Shown here in pieces: positions 38,901 through 50,900 of a stretch of DNA of 64,000 bases; the stretch's first letter is position 1; every line of letters begins with the position of its first letter. This DNA is from Okamejei kenojei. Lineage: Eukaryota. The notes beneath the pieces are model-generated. The model saw only the letters and a program-made list of their open reading frames with translations. It was not told the DNA's origin and made no database searches. The stretch lies in NCBI GenBank assembly GCA_035221665.1, contig CM069167.1, positions 14,198,001 through 14,262,000 on the forward strand. The letters run 5' to 3'. A program made the position numbers and the translations under genes.

Positions 38901-41900
38901 GATCCCTTTAGCCACAAGAGCCACATCTAACTCCCTCTTAAATATAGCCAATGAACTGGCCTCAACTACCTTCTGTGGCAGAGAATTCCACAGATTCACC
39001 ACTCTCTGTGTGAAAAATGATCTTCTCATCTCGGTCCTAAAAGACTTCCCCCTGATCTTAAACTGTGACCCCTTGTGCTGGAGTTCCCCAACATCGGGAA
39101 CAATCTTCCTGCATCTAGCCTGTCCAACCCCTTAAGAATTTTGTAAGTCTCTACAAGATCCCCCCTCAATCTCATAAATTCTAAAGAGCATAAACCGAGT
39201 CTATCCAGTCTTTCTTCATATGGAAGTCCTGCCATCCCAGGAATCAGTTTGGTGAACCTTCTCTGTACTCCCTCTATGGCAAGAATGTCTTTCCTCAGAT
39301 TAGGAGACCAAAATTGTACGCAATACTCCAGGTGTGGCCTCACCAAGACCCTGTACAACTGCAGTAGAACCTCCCTGCTCTTGTACTCAAATCCTTTTGC
39401 TATGAATGCCAACATACCATTCGCTTTCTTCACAGCCTGCTGCACCTGCATGCCTACTTTCAATGACTGGTGTACCATGACACCCAGGTCTCGTTGCATC
39501 TCCCCTTTTCCTAATTGCCTATTCATAAACTGTGACCCCTGGTTCTGGATTCCCCCAACATCGGGAACATTTTTCCTTCATCTACCCTTAAGAATTTTAT
39601 ATGTTTCTATAAGATCCCCTCTCATCCTTCTAAATTGCAGTGAATATAAGCCCAGTCGACCCATTCTGTCCCGCCATCCCGGGAATTAACCTGATGAACC
39701 TACGCTGCTCTCCCTCAATAGCAAGAATGTCCTTCCTCAAACTAGGAGACCAAAAGTGTCTATTTCCTCCATTTTTAAAGTGACTTTTCATCTTGCTAGT
39801 CATTAGGAGACTCAAAGTTGTCACCTTCGGCCCCAATGTAACGTCAAGCCACACACCACGGATCCCAATCCCGTTTTTCAATCGCTCTTCCTTTCTATTC
39901 TGTGTTGGATTTCTTAATTTTTGTGCCTTCATTGCCAAGACCACTTGTCATCTAATCAACCCTACTCTATCTCATCTGCAGGATCTTTTGATACTTTTTA
40001 TTTTACATTCCCCAGAGCTAATAATGTTGATGTCTCCTGGCCAGTCCATCATCCTCTTGCCTTCTACAAATTCCGCCTGCAGTCCACCGCACCGAGAGAT
40101 AAGCGTGGAAACAGAGCCTGCGTTTGGTCCATAACCCTCCAGACCTGTCTATTCATGTACAGTGTCATCCTAACTGTTTCTTAAACGTTGGGATAGTCCC
40201 AGCCCCAACTACCTCCTCTGGCAGCTTGCTCCATACACCCACCACCCTTTGTGGGAAAAGGTTACCCCTCAGATTCCTATTAAATCTTTTCCCCTTCACC
40301 TTAAACCCATGTCCTCTGGTCCTCGATTCCCCTACTCTGGGCAAGAGACTCTGTGCATCTACCCGATCTATTCCTCTCATGATCTCATACATCTCAGTAT
40401 AAAAGAATAGAGTCCCAGCCTACTCAACCTCTCCCTATAGCTCACACCTACTAGCCCTGGCAACATCCTTGTAAATCTTCTCTGTATCCTTTCCAGCTTG
40501 ATAACATGGTGCCCAGAACTGAACACACTCTCTAAATGCATTAACTTCTTATACAACTGCAACTTATGTACCAGTTCAGGAGAACGACCAGGGCATCAAA
40601 TTCAGCCCAAGACCGATCCCTCACTCCCTGGTCGACACCCTCTCCCTGACCCACACTCGCTGACCAAAATCCATCATGACCAACTCGCCCCCATCCTCCC
40701 TTGGTCAACCCGCCCCACCTTCACCCCGGTCATAAGGAGTAGAATGAGGCCATTCGGCCCATCAAGTCTACTCTGCCATTCAATCATGGCTGATCTATCT
40801 CTCCCTCCTAACCCCATTCTCCTGCCTTCTCCCCGACCATTTGGTCGACATCACCCCCTCCCCTGCCCCTGGTCAATATCCTCACCACTCACGCACTGGC
40901 CAACCGGCCCAACACGACCACAGCTTCATTGGACAAGCTCGGTCGCCAGAGCAACATGAACCACACCCCTGAACAGAAGCTCAATTCCAACATGGATGCA
41001 CGAGCAGCTTCTGGAGTGGTATTGAATCCACGCTCCATGCCTCCCCCGGTGGAGAGGCTGCAAAGTGCCTGTCACCTCACACACTAATCGACCTCATCTG
41101 ACCATCCGTTCATCCGAACGCACGAAACAGATTGAGATTCCCACATCGGACTCACCGGCCACACGAGCAGGTCATCCTCGGCCCCAGGCCACAGAGGATT
41201 TGCCGTTATGGGATTGTTTTCACTTGTATCATCCTGGGACCAGTGCTCGACTGAACCCAACAATCAAGGCTGTGCGGTGGGGGACATGGGGATCCAGGGA
41301 GGGGGGTTTGCAGGTTAATGGGAAAGAACGAAATTGTGCAGAGTCATGACCAGAGACCGACAGGCATGGACAGAGTGCAGAAACATATACCTTCACTGAG
41401 AGCAAGAGCGGGGAGGTTAGCGTAAAATTGAAGGCCGGATAACTCAGCAGGTCAGGCTGCTTCTCAGGAGGGCGTGGACATTTCAGGGTCAGGACCCTTC
41501 TTCAGACACTTACAGTCAGACGAAGGATCTCATCCCAAAATATCACCTGTCCACGTCCTCCACAGATGCTGGCTGACCCACCGAGTTACTCCAGCACTTT
41601 GCGTTCTGTGTAAGATTGCAGCATCTGCAGTTCCTTGTGCCTCCCGGTATAATCCAATAACCATTGATTGCAACGTGACCACAGCCGGAGACCCCAAACC
41701 CCCAGAATATGAATAGAGGAGAAATGGGAACGGAAGTTTGCCCCGATTTGAAAAATGGTTTAAAGCAAGAAAATGGGAAGATTTTAGCTCATAGAGCATA
41801 TTAATGGGTGACGTTTCAGGTCGAGACCCTTCTTGGCCCGAAATGTCACTCATTCCTTCTCCAGAGATGCTGCCTGTCCTGCCAAGCTAAACTAATTTTA

Positions 41901-44900
41901 CTTCGGAGTCACGTGAGTGACTACGTGAAGCCCCCGCCAGCACACATGCACGACATATCGTCGACCGCATTGCGCATCGACAGGCTGTGGAAGCGCTGCT
42001 CCACCAGCGGTAAGTTTCAAACCTAAAGGTAAGTTTTTCAACTTCGCGGGGATGCCAGGCTCGGGGGTGGGGGGGGGGGTTAGTGCCTGACTGGCCCATA
42101 CAGCCATGATTCCCACTGATGTTCGGAGTGATGATAGAACCTTACATGGTATTTCCTGGTACAAAAAGTACTGGTTAGCAGTGACTCGGGAAACCATCCT
42201 CTGCATACATAAATCAATTCATTGACTTGCAGACTGGGAAGACCGCTTCCTGCGGCTATGAATTGTCAAACCAAACTATGGACGTGCTCACTGCAATTGC
42301 AGGGATAGCACCAAACAAACTGTACCTCCCTCATAGGGATGGGAAGTATTTGTTAACACATAAGTTGACACGGATGACTGACGTCTTGAAGTTCAGTTCC
42401 ATATGGGGTTGACAATCATTAAAGAGTGCCATTACTGTGCCGCACATGCCTTCTCAGCATATTGGCTCGACACCCCCAGGCCAAGTACGCAGAGATTGGG
42501 ATGTTAACATTGGAACATCTCTGTCCTCGGCACACTAAACCAAGTGGTTATGCTCATGGCGTTGAGTCAGCACACCGGTCCAGTTTTGCCTAGCGGTGAC
42601 TGGACAAGATGATTATTCTGCAGGGAAATTACATTATGTTATGACCTAATTAGCAGAATACGCCAGGGACATTAGGTCAAACTAGAATTGCTGGCATATC
42701 CCATGGACCTTCGGTTGTATGTGGCCACACACCCACACCAGTATGTGAAGGTCACTAGAGCCTTAGGGACTCTGAATAGCAATGATTGTTAGTCACATGA
42801 AGCCTCATAAGAGAATTTCACTACAGACCATCGCCCGGTGGTTAATATGGGTTCTGGGATACAGGAGTGAACACTGACATACAAGTCTCACTCCACCCGA
42901 GCTGCAACTATATCAGCAGCAGGGGATGGACGTTCGCGGGACCACATCCTGGCGGCTGCAGGATGGTCTAACGAACGATTCCAAACATTAGAAATACCCT
43001 TTGCCAGACCAGAGGTATTTGCCAACTCTTTTTAGGCCTGTGTTATAGTTCCTCCCGGGTGTAGGAGGTTACTATTATCACTGTGTGTCCATTAATAGCA
43101 TCAACATGTCTATACCTATGTCATGTCTGAATGCATCATTAAAATTAGCTCTTCACTGATGCAGTGATGGACTCGTCCACGGCATGAAATCACAGAGCTT
43201 TGAAATCTTCACGTAGTCACTCACGTGACTCCGAAGTAAAATAGTAAGATTAAATGAGAACTTACCAGTTTGAAGTTTGATCCTTATTTTATGAGGAGTT
43301 ACGATGAGGGATTAACTGCCCCCCGCTCCCAACCCTCTATATAACTGGTATTTTAGTTCTCTTATCTTACTATATATTTAGTCAACTTCTGTTATCTGTG
43401 ATTTCACACCGCTGCTTTGAAGAATGTCACGCACGCGTGCTGGCGGGGTCTTCACGTAATCCCTCATCGTAACTCCTCATAAAATAAAGATCAAACTTCA
43501 AACTGGTAAGTTCTCGTTTAATCTTACTATTATATTTGTATGCACATTCAAACGTGGCTGATCCATCTCTCCCTCTTGCTCCCATTCTCCTGCCTTCTCC
43601 CCTTAACCCCTAACACCCGTACTATTCAAGAATCTGTCAATCACCATCTTAAACACATCCATTAAATCTACAGCCGTCTGTGGCAAGGAATTCCACAGAT
43701 TCACCACCCTCTGACTAAAGAATTTTCTCCTCATCTCCTTCCTAAAGGAACATCCTTTAATTCTGAGGCCGTGACCTCTGGTCCTAGACTCTCCCACCAG
43801 TGGAAACATCCTCTCCACATCCACTCGATCCAGGCCCCTATAGGAAAGATGTTGTCTAGCTGGAAAGGGTGCAAGGAAGATTTACGAGGATGTTGCCAGG
43901 GTTTGAGGGCCTGAGCTACAGGGAGAGGTTGAGTAGGCTGGGACTCCATTCCTTGGAGTGCCGGAGGATGAGGGGTGAACTTATACAGGTGTCCAAAATG
44001 ATGAGAGAAATAGATCAGGTAGACACACAGAATCTCTTGCCCAGAGTAGGGGAATCGAGGATCAGAGGACATAGGTTCAAGGTGAACGGGAAAAGATTTA
44101 ATAGGAATCTGAGAGGTAACTTTTTCGCACAGAGGGTGGTGGGTGTATGGAACAAGCTGCCAGAGGAGGTAGTTGAGGCTGGGACTATCACAACGTTTTA
44201 AGAATAAGGGGTAAGCCATTTAGAACAGAGACAAGGAAACACTTTTTCTCACAGAGAGTGGTGAGTCTGTGGAATTCTCTGCCTCAGAGGGCGGTGGAGG
44301 CAGGTTCTCTGGATGCTTTCAAGAGGGAGCTGGATAGGGCTCTTAAAGAAAGCGGAGTCAGGGGATATGGGGAAAAGGCAGGATTGGGGATGATCAGCCA
44401 TGATCACATTGAATGGCGGTGCTGGCTCGAAGGGCCGAATGGCCTACTCCTGCACCTATTGTCTATTGTTTTAAGAAATATTCAGACAGGTACATGGACA
44501 AGACAGGTTTGGAGGGATATGGGCTAAATGCGGGCAGGTGGAACTAGTGTAGATGGGACACTGATGGTTGTTGTCCACAAGTTGGGCCGAAGGGCCTGTT
44601 TCCACACTGTATCACTCTATGACTCTACAGTGGGCAAGGGCGGTGGGCGGGCGGAGACGGGGAAAGCTGCTCTCACCTCCAGGGGGGCCATGTCGTGGTT
44701 CACCAGGAAGGACAACCCGGCCACGGGGACCAGGATAAACTCCACCCGGAACGTGTCGTTCTCCCGGTCGAAGGTTGAGCTGTACTTCATGTAGATCAGG
44801 TAGATGGTGATGTAGGCGCTGAGCAGGAAAATAACCTGGAAAGCAAGTTGTAATACAAGTAGATTAGTGTAGTTTAGAGATACTGCGCAGAAACAGGCCC

Positions 44901-47900
44901 TTCGGCCCACCGGGACCACGCCGACCAGCGACCCCCCAGTGCACTAGCACTACACAAACCAGGGACAATTTACAATTTCACTGGAGACAATCAACCTACA
45001 ATCCTTTGCGTCTTTGGAATGTGGGAGGAACCCGGAGCACCTGGAGAAAAACCACGTGGTCACGGGGAGAAACTCCGCACAGACAGCACCCGTAGTCAGG
45101 ATCGAACCCGGGTCTCCGACGCTGTGAGGCAGCAACTCTACCGCTGCGCCACCGTGCCAGCCCTGGCTGATGGAGTTACCGACCGGTGAGATTAATCGCG
45201 TAGGGTTCCCAAATATTTACTTGGAGAACAATTTGGTTCATCCAGGTCTGGGTGCTGGAGAAGCAAGGCCTGGGGGTCAGGGGCTACGGGGAGAAGGCAG
45301 GAGAATGGGGTGAGGAGGGAGAGGTAGATCAGCCATGATTGAATGGTGGAGTAGACTTGATGGGCCAAATGGCCTAATTCTACTCCTGTCACCAAGTCGA
45401 GTAGTTGAGAGCAGAAGAAGTCAAGTGAAGAGCGTTTAACTCTCGTATGTACCAACAACGGAACGATTACATTCATACTTGCTCCAGCATAACAGGCGAC
45501 ACACGCAGGTCATGTATAATGGTGCAAGCCATTTAGAACGGAGACGAGGAAACACTTTTTCTCACAGAGAGTGGTGAGTCTGTGGAATTCTCTGCCTCAG
45601 AGGGCGGTGGAGGCCGGTTCTCTGGATGGTTTCAAGAAAGAGCTAGATAGGGCTCTTAAATATAGCGGAGTCAGGGGATATGGGGAGAAGGCAGGAACGG
45701 GGTACTGAGTGGGGATGATCAGCCATGATCACACTGAATGGCGGTGCTGGCTCGAAGGGCCGAATGGCCTACTCCTGCACCTATTGTCTATTGTCTATTG
45801 TGCAACCAAAGACAGTTCTTAGTTGTGTTCAGTGGGCCGTGTTCAGGAGACTGATGGTTTTTGGGATGAAACGGTTCTTGAACTTAGAGGTCATGGCTAT
45901 CGGGCTTCTGTACCTTATTCCTATTAGTTGGAGTGAGCTGGGAGTGTGGTCAGGGTGGGGTGGGCCTTTGATGATGCTGGTTGCCATTTTGAGGCAGCCA
46001 GCGCCTCCTGTAGGTTGGCAGACAGAGTCTCGTCAGTCAGCGTAACCGGGAGGGAGCTGGCAGCGTGGGGCGCGAGGAGCGAGGGCCGGTGGGCGCTGAC
46101 CCGGGGTAACGTCTCCAGCGTCTTCACCGTCGCCTGCCGGGGTTCGCCCCCGAGACACAAAGATGGCCGGGAGAGGAGAGGGATGTCGGTCCAGTACATC
46201 GAGCGAGCGGGCTGACCGCACTTTGGACTTCCCCATAGTTGTCTCAGGAACTCATCGAGGCTGTGGGCTTGGAGCCAGAAATGGCGATGCCCGCATGTGT
46301 AATATATTAGGAGTACAGGTGCATAGTTCCTTGTAGGTCGAGTCGCAGGTAGATAAGGTGGTCAAAAAGGCTTTTGGTACATTGGCCTTCACCAGTCAGA
46401 CGATTGCGTATGGCAGCTGGAAGGTCATGTTGCAGTCGTGTCAGATGTTGGTGAGACCGTATTTAGAATATTGAAGGTAGACAAAAATGCTGGAGAAACT
46501 CAGCGGGTGCGGCAGCATCTATGGAGCGAAGGAAATAGGCGACGTTTTGGGTCGAGACCCTTCTTCAGACTGATGTGACGGTGGGGGGGGGGGGGGGGGG
46601 GAGAAGAAAGGAAGAGGCGGAGACAGTGGGCTGAGGGAGAGCTGGGAAGGGGAGGAGAAAGTAAGGACAACCTGAAATTGGAGAAGTCAATGTTCATACC
46701 GCTGGGGTGTAAACTGCCCAAGCAAAATATGAGGTGCTGCTCCTCCAATTTACGGTGGGCCTCACTCTGACCATGGAGGAGGCCCAGGACAGAAAGGTCG
46801 GATTCGGAATGGGAGGGGGAGTTGAAGTGCTGAGCCACCGGGAGATCAGGTTGGTTATTGCGGCCTTTTGGCTAAGATCAAGTGTAGTATCTGTTCTTTT
46901 TGTGAAAGAGACTATCTGTTCTTATCAGAACAGTTCTGGCGGTTCCTTGGGGACAAGGGCCGTGGATTGCGGAGCGAAATCGTTGAGGAGTCGGTCGGCT
47001 GCAGGCTTAGAGGTGGATCCATGCTGGTTGGGAAACCAACCTAACACCTTATTCAGCCACAATGTCAGCAGGAGCAGGAGCAGGAGTGCAGGGTATTCGG
47101 AATACCCTGCGAATAAGCGTCAAGGACCTCAGCAAGGGGAACCCCTTCTCACGAGACCTGTTCGTGAAGAAGGTCTTGCTAGAGGCCTGCAAATTTGAGG
47201 CCAAGGACATCTACTGCCTCCAGGATTTTCCGGGTAACGGATATTTTTGATGTTACCTTCAAGTATCCAACGGGATGGCAGAAGGTGATGGAAGTCTTCC
47301 GGGAGAGGGGAAATGAAGCTCCGCTGTCGCTGCTGAAAGTGCAGCCGCTCTTCACCCTCCCCACCCAGAAGGAAAGGTTCATTACGGTGCACATGTTTAA
47401 CCCACATGTGCCCGTAGTGGATGTCCTCACCTTCCTTGCTCGTTACGTTGAGGGAACAGGAAACTGTGTGGATGTGAAGGACATGCACGGGATTTGGACC
47501 AGCAAGCGGCAAGTCAAGGTAAAGCTGAGGGTGGACAAGGATGGAGAAATCGTCCACCCCCCCTTGGTTTTCGGGATTGGAGGAAACCGAGGGTACTTGA
47601 GCTATGTAGGGCAACCCAGGCTGTGCAGGAAATGCAACAAGCCTGGGCATGTGATGGCCCAATGCACTGCAGTTGTCTGCAAAAACTGCAAGATGGAGGG
47701 CCATGAGACAAAGGACTGTCAGGCCAGCAAGAACTGCAACCTGTGCGGGGAGGCAGGCCACCTTTACAGGGCTTGCCCTAAAAGAGCCTGCACCTACGCA
47801 CAGGCAACAAGAGGAGCTGCTGCCAGCACCCCAAAGGGGGGTGAGGCACCCCCCACCACTGCCAAGACCCCAGCAGAAAGAGGGAACACAGATGAGGACA

Positions 47901-50900
47901 GCCCGACCACCTCGAGGCCCCAAGTGCCAGAAGGAGACGCCCAGCATCCTGCCCAGGAGGGAGAGTCGATGGAGGAGGGGGAACAGCAGGAGAAATGGAC
48001 AATGGTGAAGTATAAGAAGAGGGGTCAGCCCAAAGAGCCAAGGCCGGAAAAGAGTGGTAAGTCCAAAAGAAAATCACAAAAAAGGTGTCTTTCTCTTACA
48101 GAAGGCAGCAACCTCTCCTCCTCGTCGGAGGATGAGGCGACCGGGAAGTCCCAACGAGGGAGGCAGAGGAAGAAAACGGGGGAGGAAAAGGAGACCGAGA
48201 GCAGAGAAGTGGCCGAGGGGCTCCAGCCCCAGGACATCGGGAGCAGCGCAGTGGTTGAGGGGCTCCAGGCCCCGGAGACAGGAATCATCACAACGGCAAG
48301 TGGACCCCAGCTCCAGGGGACCGGGAGCAGCGCAGAGGCCATTGGGCCCCAGCTCCGGGCGACCGGGAGCAGCGCAGAGGCCATTGGGCCCCAGCTACAG
48401 AAGACAAAGGAAGTGGCATGCCCAAAAGGGGGTGGAACGAGAAGGCCCCCCGCAACGACAACTTTGGTTACGCCACCTGATACTCACCTCACCGCTGGAT
48501 TCCTGAGCCCAGGAAAGCTGTGGCAATTCACCGAAGCGGTGGGGATGATGGGACATGGAAATGGTCAGTGACTCTAAAGACAATGGAGCTCAAACTGGCA
48601 TCTTTAAACGTGCGCAGTATAAAGAGCACTGCGCGATGTGTTAATGCCTTACAGTACCTGGCCAAGGTCAAGGCAGATGTGACTTTTCTTCAGGAGTGCG
48701 GGCTGCCACACCTCCGCTGCTATCGGAGGTGGTCGCGATGGTGGCCCCACGGACTGTCTGTGTGGTCGGGGGGAAATGACTGTCGTGCTTCCGGCCTGGG
48801 GATTTTGCTGCGGGGAGGGAACTTCACCATCACTGAGGTCAAGGAAGTGGTTGGAGGGCGTCTCCTCGTGGTGGATGTTATGTACCGTGGCTCTCCGCTC
48901 CGGCTGATAAATGTGTATGCCTCACCCACGCAGAGCGAGCGGCTGGCCGTTCTCCAGCAGCTCCCAGTGCTGCTGGCCACGTCCCGGCAGCTCGTTCTGG
49001 CCGGTGACTTCAACTGCATCATTGATGCGGCTGGACGATCCGGCAGTGCCGACAGCAGACTGGACAGCACGTCCAAGTTTCTGATGGAGATGGTAAAAGA
49101 CGCAAAGCTGCGTGACGCCTTCAGCGACCCTGCAGGCGGGTCCCAGCCGCGGTTCACCTGGTCGAGATCGGACGGTTTAGCCCGATCCCGGATAGACTTC
49201 GTCTTCACGACGAAGGCCGTCACGGTGAGACACACTGACCTCACGCCAGTGTTCTTCTCCGACCACTGCCTCCTTCAGGCTTTCTGTCACCTACGGGAGG
49301 ACCGGAAGGCAGGCAGAGGGACGTGGAAGTTAAACACGAAACTGTTGACCCCAGAGAATGTCGAGGAGCTAAAGAGGGACTACGCATGTTGGAGAACGGT
49401 GAAGCCCCTCTTTGACTCCCCCACACTCTGGTGGGAAGCAACCAAGGAGAACATTAAGAGGTTCTTCATATTTCAAGGGGTTCAGAGAGCAAGACAGAGT
49501 CAGAGGGAATTGTGCCAACTCCAGACAGATTTGCAGCAACTGCTCCTTCTGCAGTCGAGCGGGGTGGATGTGAGGGAGGAACTTAGAGAGTTGAAGGACC
49601 GGCAAGCTCAGCTCTTCACCTCTGAATCCTCCAAGATCATCTTCCGATCTAGGGTCCGCCATGTGGAGCAGGATGAGACGTGCTCACGTTTCTTCTTCCA
49701 TAATGTTCACAGGGGGAGCTCTGTGATGAACAGCCTTAGGGAGGAGGACGGCACGGTAGCATCCTCACAGACAGACATGCTGAGGATCTGCAAATCCTTT
49801 TACACAGATTTGTATGACCAAAAGACCACAGACAGTGCCTCCTCCCAGAACTTCCTGTCCTCAATCACGGAGGTCTTGGAGGACAGCAAGCGGGAGAGTC
49901 TGGACCAACCACTGACCCTAGAGGAGCTGACTGGCTCCATCCGTTCCTTTGACTCGAATAAAACTCCCGGAAGCGATGGCTTACCGGCCGAGTTGTATTT
50001 GGCTCTGTGGGACTGGATGGGCCCGGACCTGCTAGAAGTGTACAACGACATGCTTCTGGCTGGTAGCATGTCAGACTCCATGAGGAAGGGCAACATCACC
50101 CTAATCTACAAGCAGAAGGGGGAGATGAAGGACATAAAGAATTGGAGACCCATAACACTCTTGAATGTAGACTACAAGATCCTGTCCAAGGCCATCGCCA
50201 ACCGGGTCAAGTCTGCTCTGGGACAGGTGATCCACCCGGACCAAACCTGTGCTGTACCTGGCAGGAAAATCTCAGACAGCCTAGCGCTGCTGAGAGATAC
50301 CATCGCCTACGTGCAGGACAGACGGGTGGATGCCTGCCTAGTCAGCTTGGACCAGGAGAAGGCCTTCGACAGGATTTCGCACACGTACATGAGGGACGTG
50401 CTCTCCAAAATGGGTTTTGGGGAGGGAATCAGGAATTGGATCAAACTGCTCTACACCAACATCCGTAGTGCAGTCCAAATCAATGGGTGGGAATCAGACA
50501 GTTTCCCTGTAAGGTCTGGAGTTAGGCAGGGTTGCCCTCTCTCTCCTGTCTTGTTTGTCTGCTGTATTGAACCTTTTGCTGAATCCATCAGGAAGGATGC
50601 TGGCATAAGAGGAGTGACATTGCCAGGTTGTGGGGGCATTCAAGTAAAGACCTCCCTGTACATGGACGATGTCGCTGTCTTCTGCTCGGATCCAGGGTCG
50701 GTTCGCAGACTGATTAGTATCTGCGACCAGTTTGAGTCGGCCACGGGAGCCAGGGTGAACCGCAGGAAGAGCGAGGCCATGCTCTTTGGCAACTGGCCCG
50801 ACAGATCTTCCGTCCCCTTCACCATCAAGCCTGACTTCTTGAAGGTGCTGGGGATCTGGTTCGGGGGGGCTGAGGCATGTAACAAAAATTGTCTGGAGCG

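Noticed and set aside
44866-45158. tRNA genes suggested by A/B boxes
   Set aside because: These are SINE heads followed by a V-domain and LINE-like tail; no full cloverleaf.
46861-46898. Functional U2 snRNA gene
   Set aside because: Only ~38 nt; no Sm site, 3' stems, PSE or 3' box.
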